Assembly (NCBI GenBank): GCA_030390025.1
Contig: CM059432.1
Coordinates: 14,696,001 to 14,760,000 of the forward strand
Direction: 5' to 3'
Source: Squalus acanthias
Taxonomy: Eukaryota
DNA: 64,000 nt
Both the position numbers and the translations under genes were made by a program. The notes below the pieces were generated by a model. That model saw only the letters and a program-made list of their open reading frames with translations, did not search any database and was not told where the DNA came from. Below, piece by piece: positions 11,857 to 25,444 of the stretch. Position 1 is the stretch's first letter. Every line of letters starts with the position of its first letter.

Positions 11857-13420
11857 GGCCCGTATTTTCCGATCGGAGGCTTCCTGTGTGCGGAGGCCTC
11901 CGATCTGGAAAAAATCTGCGCCCTTACCAGAGGGCTCCGGAGGTCCGGACACTTCCACTCCTGGGCCTCTGCTCTACGAAATGCGCAGGGTCCAGGTATC
12001 CCAGAGGCGCATGCGGTTCGCAAGCGTCCCTGGGATCACGTGGGCCACGGGGAACCAATGGGAGAAGGGAATCCCCCTTCATACTTTTGACAGGTTAGAT
12101 CACTGAATGGGGATCACTGAAAAAACACATCAAAACATTAAATAAATTTTTTAAAAATCACATTTTTAAAATTAGTTAAAATGACATTAAATTAAATATT
12201 TTAAACAAAAATTTAATTTTTAAAAAAAAAATTAAAGATTTTTACAGGCTAAAAATTAACTTACCTTTTTTAAAAGTATTTTTAAATTATAAATGAAAAT
12301 TTTTTTATTTTTTACTTTTTTAAACTCTTAGGGGGAAAAATTCAGTTGGTTGCGCCTCCCGTTAGCGCCTTAAGAGGGCGCTAATGGGGTGCAAAGCAAC
12401 TAGTGCCCAGGCGTGGCGATGTTTGTGCTGCTCGCGAAATTAACTAGACATTTTGCGGCGGCGCTAAACAGTACCGCCACGATCTCATGCGCCGGCAGAT
12501 CGTGACGTCAGTCGAGTGCGCAACGCCCCGGTAGCGCCCCGGAGCGGATATTGAGTGGCGCCCCCTGCCTTATCGCCTGCCGCTAGCAATGACAGGTTGA
12601 GGGGAGCGTTTTGCAGTCAGGAAGGGACTGGGGGAGTGCTATTTAAAGGTGACATTTTTGAACCACGCATTCTGAGAGAGAGAGACTTCTGGAGAGATTC
12701 AACGCTGTGTGAAGGAGTTTTGGGTACTGAGCAGCACTTTGCAGGTTCATTTTGATTTGCCCTTCCTTGTATCGATTTAGAAGAGACTGTGGGGGCTGCA
12801 CTCTGAGCTCTTTCCCTGGTTCTCCCCATTGTTCTTTCCAGCAGATTTGATGTGCAGGTCTCTCCAGGCCGAGATTCAAGGCTGCAATGAGCAGGATGTG
12901 GCTGGAGAGCAAGATCAACCCTCCCCTTTAAGAACTGGCTGGGGCCATTGTGTCTGTGTTCCATTGCTGACTGACATCACATGAGCTTCGCCAGCGCTCT
13001 GAGTTAGCGCCTCGCTCCTCGGCCTTTACGCCTTAAGACAGGTGTGAAGCGCCTGATTTAGCGCTCCAATCACCTCCAGGGGCGATAAAAGTCAAATTTG
13101 CAGTCGGAGGCGATAATTAGTGCCAGGCGCTAATCTTTGCGCCCGGCCGATAATTGCGCCCCAAACGGGGCAATACTGAATTTTTCCCCCTTATGCTGGT
13201 AAAAGCAGGCCTTATGCCTGCTTTTACCAGGCATAAGATTTTTAAGGGATTTCAGCGGGCGGAGGTTCTCAGAACACTCCACCCGCAGAGGCCCTTCCCC
13301 AGGGCAGGCGTGCGATCGGAAATGCCGGTTTACAGCGCATGCCTAAAACCGGCACTTGCGAGGTCCCTACGGGTGTGTACACAGCTCGTACACACGCATA
13401 GGGATTGGAAAATACGGGCC
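11857..13420. mobile_element. Harbinger-type MITE (outer element)
   Basis: Perfect 14-bp TIR GGCCCGTATTTTCC / GGAAAATACGGGCC with 3-bp TSD AAT. A second, truncated copy starts at 45328. Confidence 0.9.
12331..13190. mobile_element. Harbinger-type MITE nested in the outer MITE
   Basis: Perfect 16-bp TIR GGGGGAAAAATTCAGT / ACTGAATTTTTCCCCC with TSD TTA on both sides. The interior is GC-rich and related to 37018-37696. Confidence 0.92.
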
Positions 13421-13926
13421 AATATATTAATAAAAATTTCAGAAATATACGGAAAACATCTAACAAAAAAGTGCACTAAGATAACATTACAAAAAAGCCC
13501 TTCCAAGGGCTATTTAAGAGCACCTGTTTGCGCGGACCCTTCCTTAACCCCCTTAACAAAAGGGCATATAATGAAAAAAGATAAAACCCAATACAAATAC
13601 CACTGAATTGTGGCAGGTGTGTATGTAAATATTTTTTTGCATGATATCTGGGGCCGTAATCAGATTTACGCAGGAAACAGGAGCAAGAACTTTGCCTCAT
13701 ACGGAATGGAAAGTGTGGAATTGCAGGCCAGAATGAAATTGGTGCAGAGTGTCCTCTCCCACTTCAGTGTTCCTTCTGTGCCAGTTGTGCACTTGGTCTC
13801 CTGGACCACGGAATTGCCACTATTTCCCTTCCTTTTACCTATTCCACCTTACAGATCTGGCCCAAGTCATCATGGCCTTGAATGTAATATGACTATACAA
13901 ACACAATACAATTCCTGTGACCATTA

Positions 13927-14467
13927 ACAATAAAAACAGAAAATGCTGGAAATACTCAGCAGGTCAGGAAGCACCTGTGGAGAGAGGGAAACAGAGTTAA
14001 CGTTTCAGGTCGATGACCCTTCGTCAGAACTGGAAAAAGTTGGAGATGGAACAGGTTTTTAAGCAAGTGTAGGGGCAGGGAGAGGGGGGAGGGGAGGAAA
14101 GAACAAAAGGGAAGGTCTGTGATAGGCTGGAAGGCAGGAGAGTTTGAAAGACAAAAGGGATGATGGTGCAGGGCAAAAGGAGATGGTAATGGGACAAGTT
14201 AAGAAACAAAAGATGACTCTAGATGAAGTGCAAATGGCAATGGCAGAATGATCGACAGCTGCCATGTGAGAGAGAGAAAAGAAAAATTGAAAAACATTTT
14301 TTTTGTTGGTAAACCTTGGTTCCCCATTGCCTCAAATGTAATATTCTGATACCTGAAACGTTAACTCGTGTTTCTCTCTCTCTGCAGATGCTGCCTGACC
14401 TGCTGAGTATTTCCAGCATTTTCTGTTTTTATTTCAGATTTCCAGCATCCGCAATATTTTGCTTTTG
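13927..14467. mobile_element. Penelope-like element fragment with inverted pseudo-LTR ends
   Basis: 13927-14010 is an inverted copy of about 14350-14432. A 14-bp flanking duplication TCCTGTGACCATTA lies at 13913-13926 and 14468-14481. It carries a hammerhead motif. Confidence 0.8.
13995..14031 (-). ncRNA. Minimal type I hammerhead ribozyme (Penelope type)
   Basis: Minus strand AGUU-CUGACGA-A-GGGUC auc GACCU-GAAAC-GUU^AACU. It has stem I AGUU/AACU, the conserved core, stem II and a palindromic AACGUU stem III. Confidence 0.8.
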
Positions 14468-15288
14468 TCCTGTGACCATTACATCAACTTAGATCTTAAC
14501 CCACGGGTTACCACCTCCATTAAAATTGTGGACAAAGAAATTGCAATTGAGCAAATATTCACGCAGCGTACTTTCAAGATCCGTGTATTTTAAAATATTT
14601 GTGCAATTCTGATAGATTTGATGCAAGAAACGACACCATAAAGTACGCAACTCATGTTTGAGCCTTCAGCACCGAGCTTATCACACAACTCAGATAATTC
14701 CTCATTTGGATTTTTCCCTGTCTGTAATCACTCTATTGAAAGAAAAAATACTAATGGCGTCCCTGCAGCTTTAAATCTGTTGGGCTGCATGGAATTTTAT
14801 TCTGCCATGCAAGATTCATCTATATTGACTGATGAGCTTTGATCAAAAAATGAAAATTCACGTTTCAAATATTTTCAATGTCACTGCCACATCAGGGAGT
14901 TGTCAGACAGGCTCAGTTGGGGGACCAGCCAGGATCTCACTGCATTGCCGCTGCACTGAAATTAAAGCCTCGATTTTGATCGGACCTGCAGCAGTGCGGC
15001 ATCTCACAGGTAACAGACGTGGGCTGGCAAAATTGGTGCACTCGATTTGTGGGGTGCTCGAATTTCTGATTGGCAATTCAGTGCAAAAAGTGAGGCTTTG
15101 CTACCTGCTTGCAAGACCTCATTTTGACACACAAATTCCAGGGCGACTGAAGTAATCCGAGGAATGGAGTTCGGAGGAGGCTTGTAGGACTTCAGGGGGT
15201 TACAGAGATAAGGAAAAGCAAGGCGCTAGAGGGATTTAAATACAGGTATTAGAATATTAAATTTGACGCACTGGGGAACCAAGAGCCA

Positions 15289-16437
15289 CATAATAGGCTT
15301 ACCAGCAAAGTTGAAGCCGATGGAATAAAAGGGACAGTGGCAGTACGGAGACAAAATTGGCTAAGTGACAGGAAACAGAGAGTAGTAGTGAACGGTTGTT
15401 TTTTGGACTAGAGGAAGGTACACAGTGGTGTTCCCCAGGGGTCGGTTCTAGGACCACTGCTTTTCTTGATATATATTCATGACTTGGACTTGGGAGTACA
15501 AGATAAATTTCAAAATTTGCAGGTGACACAAAACTTGGAGGTATAGTGAACAGTGAGGAGGATAGTGATAGACTTCAAGAAGACATAGACAGACTGGTGG
15601 AATGGGTGGACACGTGGCAGATGAAATTTAACGCAGAAAAGTGCGAAGTGATACATTTTGGTAGGAAGAACGAGGAAAGACAATATAAACTAAAGGGTAC
15701 AATCCTAAAGGGGGGGTGCATGAACAGAGAGACCTGGGGGTATATGTGCACAAATCGTTGAAGATGGCAGGGCAGGTTGAGAAAGCGGTTAAAAAAGCTT
15801 ATGGGATACTGGGCTTCATAAATAGAGGCATAGAGTACAAAAGCAAGGAAGTTATGATGAACCTTTATAAAACACTGGTTTGGCCTCAACTGGAGTATTG
15901 TGTCCAATTCTGGGCACCGCACTTTAGGAAGGATGTGAATGCCTTAGAGAGGGTGCAGAAAAGATTTATGAGAATGATTCCAGGGATGAGGGACTTCAGT
16001 TACGTGGATAGACTGGAGAAGCTGGGGTTGTTCTTCTTGGAGCAGAGGAAGTTGAGAGGAGATTTGATAGAGGCATTCAAAATCATGAGGGATCTAGATA
16101 GACTAGATCAAGAGAAACTGTTCCGATTGGTGGAAGGGTCGAGAACCAGAGGACACAGGTTTAAGGTGATGGGCAAAAGAACCAAAGGCGATATGAGGAA
16201 AAACTTTTTTACGCAGCGAGTGGTTAGGATCTGGAATGCACTGCCTGAAAGACTGGTGGAGGCAGACTCAATTGCGGCTTTCAAAAGGAAATTGGATAAG
16301 TACCTGAGGGAAAAAAATTTGCAGGGCTACGGGGAAAGGGCAGGGGAGTTGGACTAGCTGAAGTCCTCATGCAGAGAGCTGGCACGGGCTCGATGGGCAG
16401 AATGACCTCTTTCTGTGCTGCAACCATTCTATGATTC
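15289..16437 (+). mobile_element. CR1 LINE 3' half (RT C-terminus), inserted in the L2
   Basis: Motifs [26 protein letters not shown] and [11 protein letters not shown], ending in an ATTCTATG tail. Confidence 0.92.
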
Positions 16438-16744
16438 AATGTAGATCAGCAATGACAAGAGTGATGGGAGAACAGGACATGGCGGGGTATCGGATGTGAG
16501 CAGCAGAGATTTGAATGAGCTGACGTTTACGGAGCATGGCGGATGGGGCAATGCCAGGGCAGCACTGGAGTAATCAAATCTACAGGCGACAATGGCATCA
16601 ATGAAGGTTTCACTGGAAGATGGGCTAAGGTCCAGGTGATGTTACTGGGGTGGAAGTAGGTTCTGAGGTTGGAGGCTCAGGTCATGGTTAAATGGAGCGC
16701 CAAAGCTGCAAACAGTTTGATTTAGTCTGAGGTGGTGGGAGGGG

Positions 16745-16864
16745 TCTGCCCCACCTGTGACAGAGACTGTAGGTCCCGCATTGGACTCATCAGTCACCTG
16801 AGAACTCATTTTTAGTGTGGAAGCAAGTCATCCTCAGATCCGAGGGACTGCCCAAGAAGAAGAG
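16745..16864 (+). mobile_element. RTE-type LINE 3' end fragment
   Basis: Encodes CPTCDRDCRSRIGLISHLRTHF* (C2H2-like end of RTE ORFs), then a short UTR and an (AAG)n tail. Confidence 0.75.
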
Positions 16865-17091
16865 TAGAAGGTGGGAGGGGAAGGTGTTCGTGGTGAGGGT
16901 ACAGAGTTTGTGGCGGGGTCGAGGAGGATTACCTCAGTCTTCACCATGTTTAGCTGGAGGAAAATATAGCTCATCCACGACTGAATGTTGGACAAGCAGT
17001 CCGACAGCATAGTGGAGGGTTTCAGAGAGGTGGTGGAGTGAGAGAGAGAGAGGTGGGAGTTATCAGCGTACATGTGGGAGCTGACGCCTTG

Positions 17092-17244
17092 TGGGTAATT
17101 TTAACCTCAGCCACCCGGGGAGAAACTGACAGGATTGGATGATTGCTCATTTTACACACTGCCCGATTTCACTTTCTGTTGAAGTAAAACAGCCAATCCG
17201 ATCCCGTCAGTTTCCCGCCAGGCGGTTAAGGTTAAAATTACCCC
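17092..17244. mobile_element. Short MITE
   Basis: TIR GGGTAATTTTAACCT / AGGTTAAAATTACCC with a partly palindromic interior. The TSD is unclear. Confidence 0.7.
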
Positions 17245-19739
17245 TCAAGACAATGAATGATATTGTCAATGGACAGCATGTAGATGAAGAAGAGGAGGGG
17301 CCAAGGATGGCCCAAGGAGATGACAGTGCAGCGGGGTAGGAAGAAAAGCCAATACAACAGATACTCAGGCTACGATTGGATAATAAAAGTGGAACCAAGT
17401 AAGGGTTATCCAACTGAACTGGAAAAGACACGAGAGGTGCTGGAGGCGGATGATGTGATCGACTGCATCACAGAGAGGTCAAGGAAGATGAGAAAGGACT
17501 TTACACCATGGTCACGGTCACAGAGAATGTCATTCATCACTTTGGGGTTAGGGCCATTTTGGCACTGTGGGAGGGGTGCAAACCTGATTCGAGTTGCAGT
17601 AGAGGAAAGCATGGATCAGAAACAACATACTCAAGGGCCATGGAGAGGAAAGGGAGGTTGTAGATGATATGGTACTATAGTAAGGGCAGAGGGTCTGGGG
17701 CGGTTTTTTATTGATGAATTGGGGTGATGCTGGCTATTTTGAAAGGAGGGTGACCGTGCTTGAGGACAGCGAACCAGTTACAATGGTGTGGGGGCCAGGA
17801 AGGGAAGTGAGTGATCAATTTATTGGGGATGGGGTTGAGGGAGCCTCATAGAATCATAGAAATTTACAGCACAGAAGGAGGCCATTCAACCCATCATGTC
17901 TGTGCCGGCCAAAAAAGAGCTATCCCACTTTCCAGCTCTTGGTCCATAGCCTAGTAGGTTACAGCCCTTCTCATGGACCAGAGGAGCTTGGTGAGACTGG
18001 GTGGAGACGCTAGAGAAACTAGAGAGAGACAACAGTTCAGCACACCAGTTGGGGCAAGACTGGGGGAGGTTTGGCTTAGTGGGCAAGGGGAAGTGTGGCA
18101 AGGAGGCAGCTAAAGGGGTGGTCTTTTATCTTGGCGATTAAGAAATCTACGTGCTCCTCGCACTTGTTGTTAGAGGTGAGGGTGGAAGGAGTGGGTGAGA
18201 GGGGTTTAAAGGAGGCTGGTAATAGAGAAAAAGGAGTTTTGGGTTATCTATTCTCAGCTCATCATAACTCTAACTCATTCTTTTCTCAGACGCTGAATCT
18301 GTGGAACCGCTTACCTCCCTCAGTCTTTCCATCCTCCTACCACTCAAACCTGGCATCCCCTTAACCACTGATCCAAAATGGCTCGGGCCTCACACCGGCA
18401 CCGACAGGCAGACAGAACGGCTACTCCGCAACTTTGTGCCTATTTTGGATGTCACTTGAAAATCGCCCCCATTCTGCCTTCACAAACTAGTGGCCCTGGC
18501 AATAACACACCCAATTCCAAAGACACGTCACCCTTGCGCGTGGCGTACGTTCAATATCTTTACTACATAAGGAGTAAAACTATGGTAACTGCAGATTTGT
18601 TTATGTCAGTGTCATCATACGCAAGCACACTCAGAGTCACAAGACATCCGAGTAATTATACAAGCAATAAAAGTCTACTAAGTCTTTATTCGACATTAGG
18701 CACCTGGTACCTTAGGTTACAATGGGCCTGAAGCAAAGTGATGATTCGGTAGGTAATAATACAATAGCTTTTCCTGAGTCATGCCATTTCACCGTCTGAA
18801 CAAACAGCCATCTACTGATGAGCCGTCCATTAAACTAAATATATTTTACTGCTAAACATATTGAAAAATCATTAAGTAAAATTGCCACTCGAGGTTTTGC
18901 AGTTTACAGCAATAGGAGTGTTGGCAGAGGCAGCAGATGGGTCTTTGTTAACAGCACATTAGAGGTTTTAGTCCCAGCACAAGTGGGGCAGATGTGAGCA
19001 GCTGTGTGATATGCTGTTGGATAAATGGTTTATGGCATCTCGTGTGGGTTCATGAGATGAAAACAGTCAAAACACAGCTTTCGTGTGACTTCAATAGCAG
19101 GAGTAGGCAGGGCCGGCGGTCCTGGGAAACCCACCGACCACAATCCCTCGCTGGTAGCGTACAAGCAGGGAGCAGTGTCCATATTCATGAGGAACATTTT
19201 GAAAATGACGGGCAGTGACAGATGAGCCAAAGTCCACCCTGAGGCTCCTGAATCATCGGCAGCAGGTGCTCCCTCACCTGAGGGAATTGCGTGCCAGAGC
19301 ACTGCTTCATTTAAAACGTTTAAAAATTGCTTTGGGAGTGAAGATGGGGCAGAGGAGCGGGAAGGTAACTCACAAGATACAATCTAGATGTCAAAAGATG
19401 GTCAGATTCTCTTAATAGGAAAGACGTTGCTAGTTTTTGGTCTGGACTGGCCTGGCGGTGTGGTTGTTGCCATTTTGTTTTCACTGGTGTTGCGATTTGA
19501 TTAATATGCTAGATCATGTTGGGTGTTTAAAAGCATTTTTTTTTTAAAAAACTAATGTGTTTCTTGCAAACACGTACTAAACAACAAGGTAAACAAATAA
19601 ATAAATAGCTGTGTGTACGTGCAGATTTCCTGACACGGTATTCCTTATTTCTGCATCTTCACTGGATTGAAATCGAGGTTCACTGTAGCATTTCCTACGC
19701 TAGTTCTTTCTCAGGATCTTTAAAGCTTAGAAATCCTAT

Positions 19740-19918
19740 GGGGTGATTCTCCGTTGGGGAATCTCCCATTCGTCAGATGAAACTTTGATGGAAGAGCCAC
19801 GGAAACCCCGGAAAAATGGCGTAAACGCCGCTTGCGCTGTTTCCCCCCCCTCCCCCACAACTCTTCTGCTGAAGTTATGGTGAACAAGTGGAAGAATTCC
19901 CCAGGCAAATTCACCCCC
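19740..19918. mobile_element. Short MITE-like element
   Basis: Ends GGGGTGATT and AATTCACCCC, with inner inverted GGGGAATC / GAATTCCCC. Confidence 0.5.
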
Positions 19919-20194
19919 TTATCTCACTCAGTCTTCCCTTCCATGTAGAGTCTTCTTCAGGCCTTTAGAATCGAGGCTTGGTGTCACCTTGTCATTTACT
20001 CCTCGATTTATCTCATGTTGGCCCCGAAATTCCACAGGCGCCGATTCTGCCGGGATCAGGTCTGCCTATGCCCGCCAACACTGACCCCCTGCCAGAGTTT
20101 GCGGGGTCAGTGCGAGAGCACCTCATTTGCACGGGGACAGTGGGTGAAAGTGCCACTCGGTACCTTGCTTTCATGCCTACCTGGCCCATGATGG

Positions 20195-20914
20195 TTGAAA
20201 TTCAACGGCATTACCATCGCCGAATCCCCCACCATCTACATCCTGGGGGTCACCATTGACCAGAAACTTAACTGGACCAGCCACATAAATACTGTGACAA
20301 CAAGAGCAGGTCAGAGGCTGGGTATCCTGCAGCAAGTGTCTCACCTCCTGACTCCCCAAAGCCTTTCCACCATCTACAAGGCACAAGTAAGGAGTGTGAT
20401 GGAATACTCTCCACTTGCCTGGATGAGTGCAGCTCCAACAACACTCAAGAAGCTCAACACCATCCAGGACAAAGCAGCCCGCTTGATTGGCACCCCATCC
20501 ACCACCTTAAACATTCACTCCCTCCACCACCGGCGTACCGTGGCTGCAGTGTGTACCATCTACAAGACGAACTGCAGCAACTCGCCAAGGCTTCTTCGGC
20601 AGCACCTCCCAAACCCGCGACCTCTTCCACCTAGAAGGACAAGGGCAGCAGACACATGGGAACTCCACCACTTCCAAGTTCCCCTCCAAGTCACAAACCA
20701 CCTGACTTGGAAATATATCGCTGATCCTTCATCGTCGCTGGGTCAAAATCCTGGAAGTCCCTCCCTAACAGCACTGTGGGAGTACCTTCACCACACGGAC
20801 TGCAGCGGTTCAAGAAGGCGGCTCACCACCACCTTCTCAAGGGCAAATAGGGGATGGGCAATAAATGATGGCCTTGCCAGCGACGTCCACATCCCATAAA
20901 TGAATTAAAAAAAA
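20195..20914 (+). mobile_element. 3' fragment of the same CR1-group LINE family as 976-5430
   Basis: Near-identical to 4728-5430 (FNGITIAESPTI...YKAQVRSVMEYSPLAW) and has the same A-rich end. Confidence 0.92.
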
Positions 20915-21240
20915 TACTGACAGCTGCCTGCCCATGAGGGGTATTGCCCAGGCCTCTCCCCTGACCCCACCTTTACTTTGATTGACCCTCTGGGCAAGGG
21001 GCTGATTCAGGGGGAAAAAAATGTAAAGTTCCTTTTTAGAGGATCCAGGACGCCGGGTTAGGAAGGATGAAAACAACCAGCCAGGACTCCCGCTCCCGAT
21101 TCCTATCCAATGACTCCTGCACATGTGGATATTGAGAGATAAATGGATCAGACTCGAGTGCGATGCACTCTGTGGTCAAACATTCATGGGCTAGGTTCAG
21201 GCATGAAGAACGGTTCCTTGTCAATATGGAAGGGTGACTA

Positions 21241-21591
<351 letters not shown>

Positions 21592-22456
21592 TCAGAGCGA
21601 CCAAAATAGCAACTAAGACAGCGAGCTGGCTGACCAGGTTCCAATCTCCGATGGGATTAGGCTTTCATTGGGAAAAATTCCAGAGGTAAAGCGTGTTGTT
21701 TTAAGCAATTTATTTTTAAAATCTTGGACTTCAATGAAAATGGAGATGCAGTTAAAGACTTATTATTTTACAGCACCATATATATTAAGGATTTCCTTTA
21801 TATTGCAGTAAATATCACAAGGATTAAGGAATATGCTTGACTGCTTTTTAACTTAAAGGGCAAGAGTTTCTCCATCCAAACATAACATAGCATCGAAACA
21901 TAAAATATTCAAACCAAAAAAGAAATAGAAAGATGTTCCTCTTCTGCCCTCCTCTCCTGAATGTGTTAACTCCGTTGGTGGGCTATGATTCTAAGGGTGG
22001 GCCTGGTCCTCTGGCATATCACCCAAGTGGGCACCATTCATATATGAGCTTTGACAATGGAGGTAATTTTACTTTCCAACGCAGACGTAAAACGGGTGAC
22101 CGAGACATTTTCCACAGGATATCACAAATGGAGCAAGCATCACGGCCCGATATTATGGGAGGCCATCGTTTTATCAGCTCCATCATGTCTGCTTCAATGG
22201 CCATCCATCATAATTTGTCCCACAGTTCTATCACTTTCTGTATTAAATCAAAGTTCAACCTGACATCCCTGCTTCACCTTAAATGTTTATCTTGCGGCCC
22301 CCAGCCATTTATCACGGTGAACAAATCACCTGGATAAACCTGGTCAATCTCCTTCACCCTGCTGAAAATGCCAGACATTGCAGTGACTCCCTTCCTAACA
22401 GAGACATCACCTAAAACAACTGCTCTCTGACATTTTCCTCACTATAACATGCTTTC

Positions 22457-24513
22457 TGTAAGGCTCCCAAACACACTCGTGGAGCGTGTTAGAAATCAGG
22501 GGTGTCCAAAATGTATATGGTTCTGCGGATAAAATTGTGACGCGAATAATGCTATGTTTACATGATGGTATTAGAACTGGAAACAAAAAGTCTCTTCAGA
22601 CTAGTATTAGAATAATTAGATAGATGCTTAGAATCTGCTTGTGTTTTGGTTCCCTGCGGATGTTATAGCATTCTGCAGTGTGACGGTCATAAATAATCTT
22701 GTTTCCAAGCTAACTATCTGATGTTTTCAAGTTGGGATTTCAACTTGTTTCTGTATCTCTAATTGGACCAACTAAGGCTCAATGCCTACGTTTCTTCTAT
22801 TATTACCAATAACCATGATATAATGCTAAGGTAGGAATTGGAGTTAGCTTAACAAAACTGCTTGTGAAAGATAATTAAAAGTTAATTAGTATAAAAGACA
22901 TAGAATAAAAGGAATTTAGGGGAGTTAAGGGGCTGGATTTTGTCTTGGGGTCAGGTTGGGGTCGTGTCATCCGCATTTCGTGGTTCCCCCCCGACTCCAG
23001 ATTAATGTGGATGAATGATGCAATTTTCACTTAATTGGGCAATTGAGTTCCAGCATGTGGGAACCCATGAACTAATTAGTGTTTTCAGTCTGAAAGTCAC
23101 CTCTGATGATGTCATCATTGCTGACTGCCTAGTCTCAGAGACTGTTGGTGAGAGAGGACCTGCCTGGCTTGCTTTTGATGTGAGTGGACCTGGATGGGGG
23201 GAAAGAAAGAAAGAAAAAGAGAAAGAGAGAAAGAGAGAGAGAGAAGAGAGAGAAATTTTTTTTTGCAACCAAGTCCTCCCAGGCAGTCTCTGAAGACATT
23301 CAATGCAGCAGCATCAGAGGCGACTTTCAGACCTAATACTACTACTACCTTCATCACATCTCCGTTGTAATAGTGGACCTGCAGCCGATAGTCAGCTATC
23401 CACTTGTGCTCCCGCCAGGTTTCACTGGAGTGTTTCACACCAGGCGTGCTTCACGTCAGAAAAGGGTTAAACTAGCTACAACGTTTCAAAATGGCATTAC
23501 AGAGCCAATTTAGAGCTTGTTAAGGGCTTTAATGGCCTCTCCCGCCTCTTGGAGGCGGGACGGAGTCGGGAACCCCGCGACTGATTTTGTCAAAATTGCG
23601 TGGAGGCGGGATGGAGTCGGGATGGGGTCGGGACCCCCGACCCCGCAAATTTAACCCCCCACACGCCTCCAAACCCGACTCCATGGGTCATTCAAAATCC
23701 AGCCCAGGGTATCCATCTCAGGATGGAGCAGTTTGCTAGATGAAAATGAGATGACGACTGGCTGAAGTGGGGCAGCTCTGGCTTACGCCTCATGATTGAA
23801 AGGGTACAAGGCCAGGCCTAGTTCCAATTGTACCAGGGAGGATTGGGACCAGGGAGAGAAGATACAAATTCCAAAGGAAGAACCTTCAGAAAGATTAAAC
23901 AATAAGACAAATTGGATGAGATCATGAGACCCCTTTTGGGGAGAGCTTTCATCCAAGAATTGAGACAAAGAACTCGATGCCCAATTGGGTGCTGAGGTTT
24001 TAGGGGAACCTCTAGCGGTTAGATGGTCTTGTCAATAATTTGGCCTCAGGCCCACTCCTAAAAAGAGAATAAAAGTAACACCCTGAGTGCTTGTCCACGC
24101 AGACGGTAGAGGGAAGAGCCAAGCAGAAGTTGGGCTGGTCGAACGCTCTTTCGAGAGTGATCCCATGCTCACCAACTCGGAGGTTCTAGACGAGAGGAAG
24201 AGAGGCCGCAAACCAGAGAACTGTTCACGCTTGCCAGCTGTCTGTCCAATCGGGACCGGTACCAGCTGCTTGTCATGGTCGTATGTTTTTGCTGTATAAC
24301 TAGCATTTTATATTCTGTCTTAAATTTTGATTAAACACAATATACCCACCATATTGGTTTGCAGTCGATCCGGATTATTTGAAAGACTAGAGATAAGCTA
24401 CTGATTGGCCTAATCTCTATAAGAGAGGATCGATTGTATCATTGCATTAACGGCAGAATTATTCAACAGTTTAGACTCTGGGACCAATGAATGACTGAGG
24501 AAACCTCGGCTAC
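22457..24513 (+). mobile_element. Probable second solo LTR, interrupted by a MITE (boundaries uncertain)
   Basis: Starts TGTAAGG like the 1715 LTR (alternative start TGTT at 22487). It is non-coding, with AATAAA at about 24069 and ATTAAA at about 24330. A terminal hairpin CTGAGG-AAA-CCTCGG precedes CTAC (alternative end AACA at 24468). No clean TSD was found. Confidence 0.45.
22930..23705. mobile_element. Harbinger-type MITE with internal (GA/GAAA)n tract
   Basis: TIR GGGCTGGATTTTG / CAAAATCCAGCCC with flanks AAG and AGG. It is homologous along its length to 32391-33226. Confidence 0.85.
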
Positions 24514-25444
24514 TTACTGGCCACAAAATGTTCCTGGAGGTTCCACACTGCTCAGACTTGCCTACATCCAGTGCCCCTCAACCTATATTTCCCTCAATAA
24601 AGACTTGGCCCCAACAACTTTCAATGCTACCAAAATGCACCTGGAAGTGCCGTGTAATTTATAACATAGCGCAATCCAAGGAAATACTTGAAATTTTCTG
24701 AATTCCAAAGGAGAAAAATTCTGAAAGGACCATTTCCTTCTCTCCCCACAATATTCGACCATTGTGTGCATGTTCAGTGCCTCTCCAGAGCTCTCATTAG
24801 CGGTCTCTCTTTTCACTTTCACTGTTTGATTCCAAAACTGATTACACTGAAGTAACTTTAATCTTTGGTGCCTTGCTTTCAATTGAAGCAAACTACTTAT
24901 TGAAATATTAATGTTTTACTTTCTGCCCAGAATTGATGGAAATGGATGGATTTGAAAGTGTTTTCCCTTTAAAGTTGCTCTTCATAAGTATTAAAAAAAT
25001 AACATGTTAATCAGTTCCACCCAGGCTGTCTGTGAAATTACTTTCATCGTGTTATCTTTAACATGTTCTTTGATTTTTTTTAAATTGATTGATTCAGTTT
25101 CTTTGTCATGTTTTCTCTGCATTCCTTCATTAATATTCATTTCCTGTGTTATTTAAACATAAGATAGACATTAAAGCGATCTCTGTTCCTTTGTTTCATA
25201 CAATGACAGCCATTCCTGTTCTTGTTTATGCTGCAGAGCTGCTTTCCTTGGAAGCATCTCCACACCATGCAAGGTCACTGCCAATCTGAAATGTTCCTTT
25301 TTATGCTGGGAGCTGGATTTTAGAAGCGGGTGCCAGCAACGAGATGCCTTGGCAGATGCTTAATTGGGAGAAACCATGGCTCGATATTTCCTTTGCTGTT
25401 GCTGAAAACTCAATGAATATCATAATAAGCAAGGCTCCACAGAC

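Larger units (their letters stand above)
15155..18250 (-). mobile_element. Old L2-type LINE, fragmented by CR1, RTE and MITE insertions
   Basis: Minus-strand ORFs give MYADNSHLSLS...LSDCLSNIQSWMSYIFLQLNMVKTE and KVMNDILCDRDHGVKSFLIFLDLS, which are L2 RT motifs. Boundaries are approximate. Confidence 0.75.
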
